Source: Escherichia phage slur14. Taken from it: a stretch of DNA of 64,000 nucleotides. The position numbers and the translations under genes are program-made. Positions 1 through 10,276 of this stretch are shown in pieces. The stretch is taken from the sequence record NC_028448.1. One strand, 5' to 3'. The notes below the pieces were generated by a model that was given only the letters and a program-made list of their open reading frames with translations, was not told the DNA's origin and did not search any database. Numbering within the stretch: the first letter of the stretch is position 1; each line of letters opens with the position of its first letter.

Positions 1-393
1 AAGTTCTTTAGAACCTTCAAATAATTTTCCAGCGAAATCAGTCCTTAGTCCATAAGCCATAACAGGAACATTATATGTATCAACAATTCGGCTTAATTGA
101 TGCACTTGTTCAGTTTTTAAAAACTGAGCTTCATCTACAAATACACAATGAATATCTTTTTGTGCTTCAGCCCATTTATAGAACTCAAAAATATCCATAT
201 CATCCGTAATAATATTCGCTTCCTGTTTAATTCCAATGCGAGAAACGACTTCACAGACAGAATCGCGAGTATCAATAGCAGGCTTAAGAACTAATACACT
301 CATTCCACGTTCTTTATAATTATGCGCAGCAGTCAAAAGAGAAGCAGATTTTCCAGCATTCATTGCTGCATAAGTAAAAATTAAACTCGCCAT
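1..393 (-). CDS. tk: thymidine kinase, N-terminal 131 codons (3' end runs off the window start)
   Basis: Minus-strand ATG at 391-393; translation MASLIFTYAAMNAGKSASLL... with P-loop GKS; matches T4 Tk as recalled. Confidence 0.9.
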   Translation of the reverse strand, partial: MASLIFTYAAMNAGKSASLLTAAHNYKERGMSVLVLKPAIDTRDSVCEVVSRIGIKQEANIITDDMDIFEFYKWAEAQKDIHCVFVDEAQFLKTEQVHQLSRIVDTYNVPVMAYGLRTDFAGKLFEGSKEL

Positions 394-402
394 ATCACCT
401 TC

Positions 403-588
403 TTAAAGCGTATTCACATAAGCTATTAATTCATTTTCTTTCTTATCAAACCGATCAGCAAATTCTTCCTGCTGTTCAGGAGATAGCGGGCCGTATTCAT
501 CATAAAAGGTGTTTGCTTCTGTATGCTCATCTAGAAGTTCATGGATAAGCTCAAACAATTTATCTTTTTGTTCTTTGCTTAGGCTCAC
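403..588 (-). CDS. small acidic hypothetical protein (T4 tk.1 position)
   Basis: 61-codon ORF; first codon is GTG; stop 9 nt upstream of tk start. Confidence 0.5.
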   Translation of the reverse strand: MSLSKEQKDKLFELIHELLDEHTEANTFYDEYGPLSPEQQEEFADRFDKKENELIAYVNTL

Positions 589-761
589 AGTATGTCAATC
601 CCCAAAAGTTTTAAAATGACTCGTTTCTGATTCATAACTGCTACGATTGAATGACCGTTGGGGTCTTTTTGACCTGATCCAATTATAAATCCTTTTTGCG
701 CAGAAAGTTTAATCAAAACATCAAGTTCACGTAATAATTGATATTTTAAATCATCATTCAT
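585..761 (-). CDS. hypothetical small protein (58 aa), below the ORF-track cutoff
   Basis: Own translation MNDDLKYQLLRELDVLIKLSAQKGFIIGSG...; ATG overlaps upstream stop (ATGA) and its TGA overlaps the downstream GTG start. Confidence 0.35.
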   Translation of the reverse strand: MNDDLKYQLLRELDVLIKLSAQKGFIIGSGQKDPNGHSIVAVMNQKRVILKLLGIDIL

Positions 762-970
762 TTTGGTTTACCTTCTTTAACGAAATCAGGATAAGGATAA
801 AATCCTGAATAAAATCCTTCACCTTTATGATTGATGCATCCTTTATTAGAACAATAGCACCAATAATCGAAATCACAAGTCATTTCATCGTTGCATAAAG
901 CAAAAACAACCGGCCACTTACACTTTTCGCAGTGGGCATTTTTAAGAATACTAGTTTGGCTCATAACCAT
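758..970 (-). CDS. small Cys-rich hypothetical protein, probable zinc-binding
   Basis: ORF-track 758..985 begins at TTG; first ATG at 970 with AAAGG upstream; multiple Cys pairs (CEKC, C..C, CYC, C..H). Confidence 0.5.
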   Translation of the reverse strand: MVMSQTSILKNAHCEKCKWPVVFALCNDEMTCDFDYWCYCSNKGCINHKGEGFYSGFYPYPDFVKEGKPK

Positions 971-1173
971 GTAACCTTTAAGCAATATTCTTCTACATGT
1001 TGTTTACGACCTTTCTTATCAATAAAGGTATATTCAACGAATGTTCCAATGTAGTCTTTATCTACATCATGTGGACTATTAATTGGACATTTAGTACGGC
1101 AAATGCGTTCCCATTGACGAATAATTACTGCCTTATTCTTTGGGTCATACGGATGTGGATAATGTATATTCAT
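961..1173 (-). CDS. hypothetical protein
   Basis: ORF-track 961..1188 begins at TTG; first ATG at 1173 (MNIHYPHPYD...); ATGA overlap with upstream gene. Confidence 0.5.
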   Translation of the reverse strand: MNIHYPHPYDPKNKAVIIRQWERICRTKCPINSPHDVDKDYIGTFVEYTFIDKKGRKQHVEEYCLKVTWL

Positions 1174-1637
1174 AATAACGGTTCCCAATCAACAATCACA
1201 ATTTCTAATTTAGAGGAATATGTATCTAAAATCCCCTCAATAATATCCCAGTTCCCTTTACCTATGCCTGCACCAATCCTAGGCATATAGATTGTAGGTT
1301 TAATCAGTTTATTTTCACCAAACTCATTTAATTCTAACATACAATTCATTAAAGCGGAATACTCAAAATTTGGCCCCGGTTGAAATTGAGTATAAAGATT
1401 GAAGCAGTAAGCTTTATGAGTCCTAAAGTATTTTTCATAGACTGAGTAAGAACCGAGTTTAGTTACATCGCCCCATTCTGTCTGTAATTTATCAGCTTCC
1501 AAAATTTTAGGGAAAGCTTTAGTTAATTGACCTGCGACTCCAGCTTTCATCGTGTGAAAACAATTACATCCATGCGCAATATTTTTACCTTCAGCGAAAA
1601 GGGCGACAATATCGCCCTTGATATATTTTACAATCAT
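1170..1637 (-). CDS. macro-domain-like protein (ADP-ribose binding/processing fold), T4 tk.4 position
   Basis: 155 aa; N-terminal GDIV..IAHGCNC..AGVAG and C-terminal YMPRIGAGIGKG align by eye with the macro-domain pattern GDIT..IVNAAN..GGGV / FPAIStGvyG. Confidence 0.55.
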   Translation of the reverse strand: MIVKYIKGDIVALFAEGKNIAHGCNCFHTMKAGVAGQLTKAFPKILEADKLQTEWGDVTKLGSYSVYEKYFRTHKAYCFNLYTQFQPGPNFEYSALMNCMLELNEFGENKLIKPTIYMPRIGAGIGKGNWDIIEGILDTYSSKLEIVIVDWEPLL

Positions 1638-1981
1638 CTAGTACTCAATCCTCGATTATAAGAATCTACCAAACGGTCAACCATTGAATGACAAGCGGCT
1701 TTATCTTTTTCCTCCGCAACTGAACATTCTAAGGTATTCCACTTTTTAGCATATCGTTTTAACAATGTATCATTTTTGTATCTGCTTGATTTATCTCTTT
1801 CTCCGTCTTTATATGCATATATTAATTTCTGCGCAAATTCAGCTTGGCATGCTTTATTTTTCCCGCAATAATCCGCTGCAGTACGGTTTACATACTCTCT
1901 AATTTCAGTATATGATGTATCTGCTAACGCAGAAGCAGAAAATGAAATTAATCCTATACATAAAACCAAAATTTTAGTCAT
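1634..1981 (-). CDS. small exported protein (position and length of T4 vs)
   Basis: 115 aa; N-terminal signal peptide MTKILVLCIGLISFSASALA; ATGA overlap with downstream ORF. Confidence 0.5.
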   Translation of the reverse strand: MTKILVLCIGLISFSASALADTSYTEIREYVNRTAADYCGKNKACQAEFAQKLIYAYKDGERDKSSRYKNDTLLKRYAKKWNTLECSVAEEKDKAACHSMVDRLVDSYNRGLSTR

Positions 1982-2519
1982 TTACTATTTCCAAAAGTTT
2001 ATTATTTTTAAGGTAATTAGCCTTTTCTAGGACTTCAGAAGCATATTTAGAACCAGCTTTAACATTCCATCCCGAATTATAAGAGGATATTGCTTTTCTT
2101 ATATCGCCCTTATGTATATTTAACCAATAAGAAAGTTCAATGTACGCCCAGGAAGCTGAATTGGATCGTTTATTCAACATTCTTTTTATTTCAGCATCGG
2201 TCATATTATAACCAAGTTCCTTAACTCTCGCTCGCATAGTAGGCAAATAATTTTGGAACATTCCGTAGGCGTGATGCTTTGGTTTAGATTTTAAATTAAC
2301 TCCGCCAGAGCTTTCTTGCCATAAAATGGCTGCCATTATATGACCTAATCCGCTCTTGTGGATATTTTTGTGTGTTTTATATTTTCCATCCTTAGAAAAT
2401 TGTTCCCCGAATTGATACGCGTAACGCATGTTATCGAGTTGGACATTACTGAAAGTATGCTCGGAGCTATGCGCCATCATTGAAATGGCCAATAGACCAG
2501 CGAGTAGTGCTTTTCTCAT
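1974..2519 (-). CDS. exported lytic transglycosylase (SLT domain), T4 vs.1 position
   Basis: 181 aa; signal peptide MRKALLAGLLAISMMAHS; SLT family-1 motifs ES (LWQESSGG), GMFQ, SYNSG. Confidence 0.75.
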   Translation of the reverse strand: MRKALLAGLLAISMMAHSSEHTFSNVQLDNMRYAYQFGEQFSKDGKYKTHKNIHKSGLGHIMAAILWQESSGGVNLKSKPKHHAYGMFQNYLPTMRARVKELGYNMTDAEIKRMLNKRSNSASWAYIELSYWLNIHKGDIRKAISSYNSGWNVKAGSKYASEVLEKANYLKNNKLLEIVND

Positions 2520-2526
2520 GCTTACC

Positions 2527-2988
2527 TCATTGAGTTTTAATTACTGCTTTAGAAGCCTTTCCTGGTAAACGACGACTGTTAATAATTGCCATCCTACATT
2601 GAAGTGACGGGTCTTTGAACTTCGCGTTAGGTTTACAAACTGTAAATCCAAGCCAAAGATTTCCATCTGTGATTTCTAAACGTCCAGGACGATATTCAAC
2701 CCCATCAATAAAATCCTCGTCAATGTCAGGGCGCGGAGGCATACTCAGGAATTCATTAACTTCTAAAACATGGTCTTTTATTTTATGGAATAATTCAAAA
2801 ACATATGTCTCGTCAATTTCCCGTTGAATTGCACGATCAAGAAGATGCTGAGAATATTTTAGATGAAACGATGAGACCCCTGCTGCTTTTGATGCCTCAC
2901 GAATCTCATTGTTAATTTGACGAAACTCCGACTCAAAGTGACGACGAAGCTTATTTCGACGGATAAAAACTTCTGTATTGATAGTCAT
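2527..2988 (-). CDS. regB: RegB site-specific endoribonuclease
   Basis: 153 aa, MTINTEVFIRRNKLRRHFESEFRQ...; length and sequence match T4 RegB as recalled; canonical early promoter immediately upstream. Confidence 0.9.
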   Translation of the reverse strand: MTINTEVFIRRNKLRRHFESEFRQINNEIREASKAAGVSSFHLKYSQHLLDRAIQREIDETYVFELFHKIKDHVLEVNEFLSMPPRPDIDEDFIDGVEYRPGRLEITDGNLWLGFTVCKPNAKFKDPSLQCRMAIINSRRLPGKASKAVIKTQ

Positions 2989-3015
2989 GTTATTCTCCTC
3001 TTAACTGATAGAAAA

Positions 3016-3045
3016 ATTATACCACAGTCAAGAGGAAAAGTAAAC
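3016..3045 (-). promoter_or_regulatory. T4-type early promoter (-35 GTTTAC, extended -10 TGgTATAAT) for regB
   Basis: Minus strand reads GTTTAC-18nt-TATAAT ending about 30 nt upstream of the regB ATG. Confidence 0.7.
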
Positions 3046-3047
3046 AG

Positions 3048-3326
3048 TTATTCTTTAAATCTAATCAATTTATTCATAGACTTTGAAACTTCTGCACGAA
3101 CCTCATGTAGATTTTTGAGCTGTTCAAGACGCTGCTCATAGTAAGCAATTTCATCTTCTTCGAGACAGTCCTGTGAATCTTCTTTAAGATAACGTGCATA
3201 GTCCTGGAAAGCGTTACGAACTACTTCCTGGAAGTCATCAAGACTTTGAATTTTCTTAGGAGCAACAGATACACGACGAGGGGCAGTATAATACTCATAA
3301 CCAAACCCTGCGCTTAATTGAGCCAT
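3048..3326 (-). CDS. hypothetical protein (T4 vs.3 position)
   Basis: ORF-track 3048..3368 starts at GTG; ATG at 3326 preceded by GAGGAAA RBS ([13 protein letters not shown]...). Confidence 0.5.
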   Translation of the reverse strand: MAQLSAGFGYEYYTAPRRVSVAPKKIQSLDDFQEVVRNAFQDYARYLKEDSQDCLEEDEIAYYEQRLEQLKNLHEVRAEVSKSMNKLIRFKE

Positions 3327-3592
3327 TAATATTTTTCCTCTGGTTGGAACACAGCACGACAAGCCCACATACTGGCTTCTTTGAGTTTCGTTTTAGCAAT
3401 AGTTAACTGATCGAGGCTTTCGGCGTAATTCTTCGCGAGTTCATCATCTTCACAGCTATCAAATGCTTCCCAAAATTCATCGTATAAAGCATCAAAGATA
3501 AGTCCTAAACGAACTTCAGCGTCTTTAATAGCATTTACTTTACCGATTTTTTCGTCGGTATGTGGCTTATAACCTTTAATATCTTCAATCAT
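3326..3592 (-). CDS. hypothetical acidic protein (T4 vs.4 position)
   Basis: ORF-track 3326..3628 starts at TTG; ATG at 3592 preceded by GAGGAAG RBS. Confidence 0.5.
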   Translation of the reverse strand: MIEDIKGYKPHTDEKIGKVNAIKDAEVRLGLIFDALYDEFWEAFDSCEDDELAKNYAESLDQLTIAKTKLKEASMWACRAVFQPEEKY

Positions 3593-3806
3593 ATTTGACT
3601 TCCTCACCAGTACATAAATCGTATTCAACTAAACGAATAGGTTCATGAATGCCATATCCTTGAACAGAAATTTCTGTAGTAGGATAAATTCCATTAATAT
3701 CACCCATGTTCCATGCTTCGTTAAATTGCTGTTCGCCTGAATTACTAAACCATTCGGCGAAAGCATTTAGCACATCTTTAGAACCTTCAATAATTATCTT
3801 TGCCAT
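3585..3806 (-). CDS. hypothetical protein (T4 vs.5 position)
   Basis: 73-aa ORF with ATG start; 1-nt overlap with the upstream stop. Confidence 0.5.
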   Translation of the reverse strand: MAKIIIEGSKDVLNAFAEWFSNSGEQQFNEAWNMGDINGIYPTTEISVQGYGIHEPIRLVEYDLCTGEEVKYD

Positions 3807-4168
3807 TACAAACTCTCAGTAAAGGTACGAGCGATAACGTCGCGCTGCTGTTCCGGAGTCAGAGAGTTAAAGCGAACTGCATAACCGGATACACGGATGG
3901 TCAGCTGCGGATATTTTTCCGGATGCTTAACTGCATCTTCCAGAGTTTCACGACGCAGAACGTTAACGTTCAGGTGTTGACCACCTTCAATTTTAACTGT
4001 AGGCTGTTGCTCAATTTCAATTTCACGGGCATGCAAACCGTAGAAAATTTCTGGGTCTACAAAAGAGTCCTCTTTAAAGGTTTTAGAGACAATAATTCGT
4101 GCTTGAATACCATCTTCAAAATAAATAGTACCTTTATGTGTGCCTTCAAGAATTTGATATGCTTTCAT
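3806..4168 (-). CDS. autonomous glycyl-radical cofactor, GrcA/YfiD-like (T4 vs.6 position)
   Basis: 120 aa; C-terminal half ...[60 protein letters not shown] matches the glycyl-radical domain of E. coli GrcA / PFL C-terminus as recalled. Confidence 0.85.
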   Translation of the reverse strand: MKAYQILEGTHKGTIYFEDGIQARIIVSKTFKEDSFVDPEIFYGLHAREIEIEQQPTVKIEGGQHLNVNVLRRETLEDAVKHPEKYPQLTIRVSGYAVRFNSLTPEQQRDVIARTFTESL

Positions 4169-4175
4169 ATAAACC

Positions 4176-4556
4176 TCAATTAGAAAATAAATTTATCCAA
4201 GATTGTTCTTTGATTAAAAATGGCTCAGAATCATATGCCATTAAACTCTGTGTGATTAGTCCTTTAAAAGGCCCATCAATAAATTCCATGGTAAAATATG
4301 GAATTTTATTCATTAGCCGTGCATTAGGAGCAGTACACAAAACTCTGCATCCTTTGAATACGCCTTTTTGTAATTTGTATTGCTTAGGATAAAATTCGCT
4401 CAAGACGTTGTTATTTGCCAAAATTTCAAAATGATTCACCAATTTATTTTTAATAGTTTTTGGCGAAAAATAAAGATATTCGAAAAGCTGAGTGTCTGTC
4501 ATCATTGCATTCCGATTACGAAAAACTGTGGACGAGTAATACCACCAATGCAACAT
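4176..4556 (-). CDS. hypothetical protein (T4 vs.7 position)
   Basis: 126-aa ORF with ATG start; collinear position. Confidence 0.45.
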   Translation of the reverse strand: MLHWWYYSSTVFRNRNAMMTDTQLFEYLYFSPKTIKNKLVNHFEILANNNVLSEFYPKQYKLQKGVFKGCRVLCTAPNARLMNKIPYFTMEFIDGPFKGLITQSLMAYDSEPFLIKEQSWINLFSN

Positions 4557-5089
4557 TTAATATTACAGCAGCAGTGTACAGTGTCAATATGGACACTATA
4601 AATCTTATCCATATCAGGAGATTTGACAGGCTCATCAATTATATACAAAATTCGCGAAAGCGATAAACCTCTGAACTTGCTTCCTTTATTACCAATAAAA
4701 CTGCGCACAGAATCAGTAAATAAACGAAAACGTATATCATCATTAGAATAACGCGAAAATTCCTTTTTAATGTTATTTGCAGAAATTTTAGCGTAAGCTG
4801 AAGTATTAGAAAGAACAATAACTGTTCCGCCATCATACAACCAATTAGCAGCAAAGTTAGTCACAGCAATTGATTTACCAGATTGACGTCCACCATCTAG
4901 TCGAAGTGTGCAGTACTGTTTAAGTAATTCTTCAAATGGCGGGATATAATCGTTTTTACAAATTTCTTCTACTCTAGCATCAGAATGGTGTGTAAAAGCA
5001 TTCATCAGGGATAGATAAGGACCAGTTAAAAATGTTCTCATTTTATTCTCTCTAAATTTGGGCCATTCCATGGCGCATGAATTGTCCAT
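4502..5089 (-). CDS. hypothetical P-loop protein (T4 vs.8 position)
   Basis: 195-aa ORF; Walker-A-like GGRQSGKS; start codon uncertain (ATGs at 5089, 5071, 5041). Confidence 0.5.
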   Translation of the reverse strand: MDNSCAMEWPKFRENKMRTFLTGPYLSLMNAFTHHSDARVEEICKNDYIPPFEELLKQYCTLRLDGGRQSGKSIAVTNFAANWLYDGGTVIVLSNTSAYAKISANNIKKEFSRYSNDDIRFRLFTDSVRSFIGNKGSKFRGLSLSRILYIIDEPVKSPDMDKIYSVHIDTVHCCCNIKCCIGGITRPQFFVIGMQ

Positions 5090-5194
5090 TTCTGTATTTA
5101 CCCATTACCGCACTTGGGCTCGACCTTATTACAGGTTGGCGGGAATCCCTCATAGAATCATGAGGTCCAGCTTGTTCCCATATTTCTTATTTGC

Positions 5195-5668
5195 TTATTT
5201 GAATGATTTGACGTACTGAATAGAACCTTTACTATTCACGAAAGCGATTTTACCATTTTTATTATACATGGTAGCAGTACGCTGATAGCCATAAGTTTGT
5301 TTACCAGATTGATAACCAACTAATGCGAAATTATCTTCACCCATTTTATTCTGTTTAGCGCGAATACGTTCATGACCGTGTGCCATAAGAACCTTAGCAT
5401 CACCAGTTGAAATTGATCTACGAGTTTTTTCATCTTCAACTGTATTAACAAAGTCGTCAAATGAATCAAATTTAGCATGGGATTTATTATACAGTTTTCC
5501 ATCTACTGCATAATTATATCCCTGTACATCCATCTCAACTTCTGTACCATCATCCAATACAGCAGTAATTTTTTGACCTTTTTTAAATTTCAAAAGATCA
5601 GTAAAAGATTCAGCAATAATTTGAGAATTAATAGCTGCTTCAGTGATAAATTCTTGATATGTTTTCAT
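5195..5668 (-). CDS. internal-protein-like protein with capsid targeting sequence
   Basis: 157 aa; N-terminus MKTYQEFITEA... with ITE|A and IAE|S motifs typical of gp21-processed T4 internal proteins. Confidence 0.6.
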   Translation of the reverse strand: MKTYQEFITEAAINSQIIAESFTDLLKFKKGQKITAVLDDGTEVEMDVQGYNYAVDGKLYNKSHAKFDSFDDFVNTVEDEKTRRSISTGDAKVLMAHGHERIRAKQNKMGEDNFALVGYQSGKQTYGYQRTATMYNKNGKIAFVNSKGSIQYVKSFK

Positions 5669-5677
5669 ATGTTTCCT

Positions 5678-6094
5678 TTAAATGTAAATATTTTTGCCGT
5701 AATACTTGTACCAGTGTGGCTTCATTAAAATTTTTTCATCGAGTCGTTGTTGACTCAATTTAATAGCTGATTTGCATGGATTATAATCATTTTTCCATTC
5801 TGCTGGAATATCGCTGATGTCAGGAACTTCAGTATCTTTTATACTAAACCCACGTTTTAAGCATTCCGTTATAATGTCTGATTGACGCTTTCGCAAAAAT
5901 TCTAACTTATCGTAAAAGAACTTAACATGACCAGAGCCTAAAATAAACTCGGAAGATATTTTAAAATCTTTAACCCGCTTACCATTTGCCACATGTTTAC
6001 GAACTATACCAAAAACACGCGGCAATTCACGATACTCAGCCATAAGATGTTGGTCGGTCAGTTCAGAAACAAGTGTTAAATTGATACGAGTCAT
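5678..6094 (-). CDS. denV: endonuclease V (pyrimidine-dimer DNA glycosylase)
   Basis: 138 aa from ATG 6094 (GGAGGAAA RBS); [29 protein letters not shown]... matches T4 DenV as recalled. Confidence 0.9.
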   Translation of the reverse strand: MTRINLTLVSELTDQHLMAEYRELPRVFGIVRKHVANGKRVKDFKISSEFILGSGHVKFFYDKLEFLRKRQSDIITECLKRGFSIKDTEVPDISDIPAEWKNDYNPCKSAIKLSQQRLDEKILMKPHWYKYYGKNIYI

Positions 6095-6121
6095 AATTTC
6101 CTCCAAGTAGTTGATGAATGT

Positions 6122-6151
6122 ATAGTATCAAAGTCCTTGGAGGAAGTAAAC
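6122..6151 (-). promoter_or_regulatory. T4-type early promoter upstream of denV
   Basis: Minus strand GTTTAC-18nt-TACTAT with TG at -14. Confidence 0.6.
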
Positions 6152-6152
6152 A

Positions 6153-7393
<1,241 letters not shown>

Positions 7394-7412
<19 letters not shown>

Positions 7413-7882
7413 TCAGTGATAAAGTTATTTAAATTTTGAGTGTATTTCTTTTCATCAAAAATCTTTTGTTGTCTGCGTAGCCGCCATGGCATTTCAATGA
7501 ACGTGTACCATATCCCAGATAATATTGCTGCTGTAAAAATATTAACAAGTATAATTAAAAGAATCCAATCTTCCGTTCTGCCTACTGGACTTTCTCCAAA
7601 GAAGCAAAATACAAATGATGTCACAGGAAAACTAATAATGTACCACAGAATCATAATTTTATCTGTGAACCAATTAGCGTTCGTTAACTTAGCGCGACCA
7701 TTATGAATACATACGAACTTATCATCTGTTATAGTAGATGGCTTAACTGGTTGATATCCCATTCTAAACTCCCTAATCAACAAATTTTTCATATCTTCGG
7801 AACAACCATTCCAGTCAACTCTATCAACTGAAATGCCATCATCCCCATCATCTAAATCATACCAGCGAGTTTTTAAAATCAT
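7394..7882 (-). CDS. predicted membrane protein, member of a tandem paralogous set
   Basis: 162 aa; two hydrophobic helices; C-terminus ...FITECRKLK shared with the neighbouring ORFs. Confidence 0.55.
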
Positions 7883-8253
7883 TTAATTTTCCTACAATCA
7901 CTCACAAACTCTTCCATTGATTCATTTTCAATATAAGACATGTAGTTATTATATTCTTTTAATTGTATTTTGTAATCCTTTTTTCTTTGCCAATTTATTT
8001 TAAAATTATCATAATGAAAATATAACATGGTACCAAAGAATGAAAATAATGAAATCGCTATAGTATAATGAAGTTCACTCCAAACTTCTATTATATCTAT
8101 TATACCGCTGACGTTACTACGGATGTTTAAAATAAAACAGTCAATTAACAATCCAATAAGACTACCTGCAAGAGCTGCAAATGCTGATACGGCAAGAATT
8201 AATAGTGCCTCTGGAAACGAATATTTAACTTTATTTAGTTTTGGCTTTTGCAT
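7879..8253 (-). CDS. predicted membrane protein, paralog
   Basis: 124 aa; hydrophobic segments; C-terminus EEFVSDCRKIK; ATGA overlap with downstream gene. Confidence 0.55.
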   Translation of the reverse strand: MQKPKLNKVKYSFPEALLILAVSAFAALAGSLIGLLIDCFILNIRSNVSGIIDIIEVWSELHYTIAISLFSFFGTMLYFHYDNFKINWQRKKDYKIQLKEYNNYMSYIENESMEEFVSDCRKIK

Positions 8254-8627
8254 CGTGATTCCTTAACAAATTTCATAATTTCATCAAATTCATACGCAGC
8301 AAGTTTAAGCTGGTGTTCCTTTTTAATCTTTTTACACTGAGCTTTCCATTCACGTACACGTTTACGATAATGTCTTCCTTGATACCAGTATCCTACCCAA
8401 TTTACAGGTACTAATAAAAATGGAACTATCATTGGAAGAATTAATGTTGACGCAAATATTATATTAGATTCAATATCAGTCATAACATCTATAACTATTC
8501 CAACCCCCAGTAGAATTACAAATGATACAGCTATTACAGGACCTATTAATACATCAGTAGAAATTAGCTGGCGCTTTAATTCATACTTCAACGGTTTACT
8601 TGGAAGATACATTGATGGCTTTGACAT
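8235..8627 (-). CDS. predicted membrane protein, paralog
   Basis: ORF-track start is TTG; ATG at 8627 preceded by TAAGGAAT; two TM segments; C-terminus MKFVKESRCK. Confidence 0.5.
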   Translation of the reverse strand: MSKPSMYLPSKPLKYELKRQLISTDVLIGPVIAVSFVILLGVGIVIDVMTDIESNIIFASTLILPMIVPFLLVPVNWVGYWYQGRHYRKRVREWKAQCKKIKKEHQLKLAAYEFDEIMKFVKESRCKSQN

Positions 8628-9204
8628 ATTCTCTACATTCCTTAACAAATTTTTCTAATAATAAATCGCTTTCAAAATTGAGATTTTCTACGAATTTATC
8701 AAAAAGATCATCAACAATATTCAAGATATTCTTTTTACTAAGAATACGTTTATTTTCATGCTTCGTTTCAGAATCAACTATAAGAGTAAAGAAATATTTC
8801 TTGCCCTGAAATTTTACAGTAGTATCAATATAAAATAAATTTGACTTTTGTAAATTACGTTTAAACCGTGCATCACTTAAACTATAAACGCCAAGATAAT
8901 CATAATCGTCGTTTAAATAACAGACCGTCCATTCAGGAGAAACAAAATCAGTAAATTCAACGTCAAAATCGCATGTTAATAAATGAATTGATTCAATACT
9001 GTTAATAAGTATTCCAGGACGTATTAAAGACTTTTTACCTCTAGAAAATCCTCTAGAAAGACTTTCATCAGTTTCATATGAAGAACCCCAATAATAATTA
9101 CGTCCTTCTGCCATACGTTTAAGAGCATTTAATAATTGATCTGGAACATCAACCTGTCTTTGGAACTCTTCAAACATTGAATTGAAATCACTTTGCATTT
9201 TCAT
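8596..9204 (-). CDS. hypothetical protein sharing the C-terminal FVKECR motif
   Basis: 202 aa soluble ORF; C-terminus ...EKFVKECREYVKAINVSSK. Confidence 0.5.
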   Translation of the reverse strand: MKMQSDFNSMFEEFQRQVDVPDQLLNALKRMAEGRNYYWGSSYETDESLSRGFSRGKKSLIRPGILINSIESIHLLTCDFDVEFTDFVSPEWTVCYLNDDYDYLGVYSLSDARFKRNLQKSNLFYIDTTVKFQGKKYFFTLIVDSETKHENKRILSKKNILNIVDDLFDKFVENLNFESDLLLEKFVKECREYVKAINVSSK

Positions 9205-9224
9205 TCCTACTTACTCCAAGTAAT

Positions 9225-9240
9225 AGGGGCCGAAGCCCCT
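9225..9240 (-). terminator. stable UUCG-tetraloop hairpin (minus strand GGGGC-UUCG-GCCCC) downstream of the 9246..9839 gene
   Basis: Perfect 5-6 bp GC stem with UUCG loop on the transcribed strand; weak T tract, so possibly an RNA-stability element rather than a terminator. Confidence 0.4.
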
Positions 9241-9245
9241 TATCA

Positions 9246-9839
9246 TTATTTCAGAGAATTAATATATTCCTGAACATCGGCAGAGGTAGTTTCAACCCCA
9301 GAAATATTACCATTAAAGGTTTCAACTCGGGCGAGAGTATCTTCAATATCAACTTTAGTTAGCGCTGCAATTTCAACTACATCATCAGCAGTACTAATTC
9401 CAAGGGCATTTGCTGCACGAGTTTCACGGATATATTCCAATTTAACTGCAAGTTCTTGGCGAGCATCATCCAATTCAACTACTTTCTTGGCGATTTCAAT
9501 TCGCATTTCAGCATAACCATCAGCTTTAGTAGTCAACTGTTCAGCTGTTCGACGATATAGCAAGCCGAGTTTAGCATGCATTGTTACATCTTGACCTTCA
9601 GAAAGAAGCTTGCGAATTTCACGCTCTTTTGATTCGGCCTGTCGATTCTTTTCGACAATAAGTTCACGAATACGTTTTTCTTCATTAATAGATTTAACAG
9701 AAGCAGTTTTTAGATCTTTAATCTTATCAAGTAGTTTTGCTGCCGCAGCAGTATACTGTTCTTCAACAGATAAATTTTTAGCCATAGCAGAACCAAGTTT
9801 AGTGCGAATAAACTCAACAATTTTCTTCAGCATGTTCAT
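9246..9839 (-). CDS. coiled-coil protein, possibly PspA/IM30-like
   Basis: 197 aa, almost entirely heptad-like charged helices; architecture reminiscent of PspA (tentative); canonical early promoter upstream. Confidence 0.5.
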   Translation of the reverse strand: MNMLKKIVEFIRTKLGSAMAKNLSVEEQYTAAAAKLLDKIKDLKTASVKSINEEKRIRELIVEKNRQAESKEREIRKLLSEGQDVTMHAKLGLLYRRTAEQLTTKADGYAEMRIEIAKKVVELDDARQELAVKLEYIRETRAANALGISTADDVVEIAALTKVDIEDTLARVETFNGNISGVETTSADVQEYINSLK

Positions 9840-9884
9840 AGCATTTCCTTTAGTTAATTAAGGGTTTTTATAATCCGTGGGAGT

Positions 9885-9914
9885 ATTATACTCTACTCCC
9901 AAGAGTTTGTAAAC
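9885..9914 (-). promoter_or_regulatory. T4-type early promoter
   Basis: Minus strand GTTTAC-18nt-TATAAT between the 9915 stop and the 9839 start. Confidence 0.65.
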
Positions 9915-10250
9915 TTATTCTTCGTCCAATTCATCAATAAATTTATCGATACTACTATTAATAGACTCATCGATGATTAACAAAGCATCATCATCATCCA
10001 TAATATTAATATTTTCTAAAGCATCAATATAAGCTTGATTGACTATAGACCATGCCCTTTGAAAATATGGGGCTTCATCATCAGGACTGAACCAACGTAC
10101 ACCTTCAAAGATACGTTTGGCATAATCTAACACCCATTGTACAGGCATGTTTTGAGAACGTTCGTTAAACTCTTTAAAGTCCTTAGATTCAAAAAGCTCT
10201 TCAGGATAATAATTTCTATTACAAAAAGCTTTACTAAAGTTACGTTTCAT
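9915..10250 (-). CDS. hypothetical acidic protein
   Basis: 111-aa ORF with ATG start; acidic C-terminus DDDDALLIIDES...DELDEE. Confidence 0.5.
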   Translation of the reverse strand: MKRNFSKAFCNRNYYPEELFESKDFKEFNERSQNMPVQWVLDYAKRIFEGVRWFSPDDEAPYFQRAWSIVNQAYIDALENINIMDDDDALLIIDESINSSIDKFIDELDEE

Positions 10251-10276
10251 AATGTTCTCCTCAAAGTTATAGGCTC

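Noticed and set aside
5140-5160. Inverted repeat cctcat-agaatc-atgagg between the internal-protein-like gene and the vs.8-position ORF, considered as a terminator
   Set aside because: Only a 6-bp AT-containing stem and no T tract on the transcribed strand; cannot be supported as an intrinsic terminator
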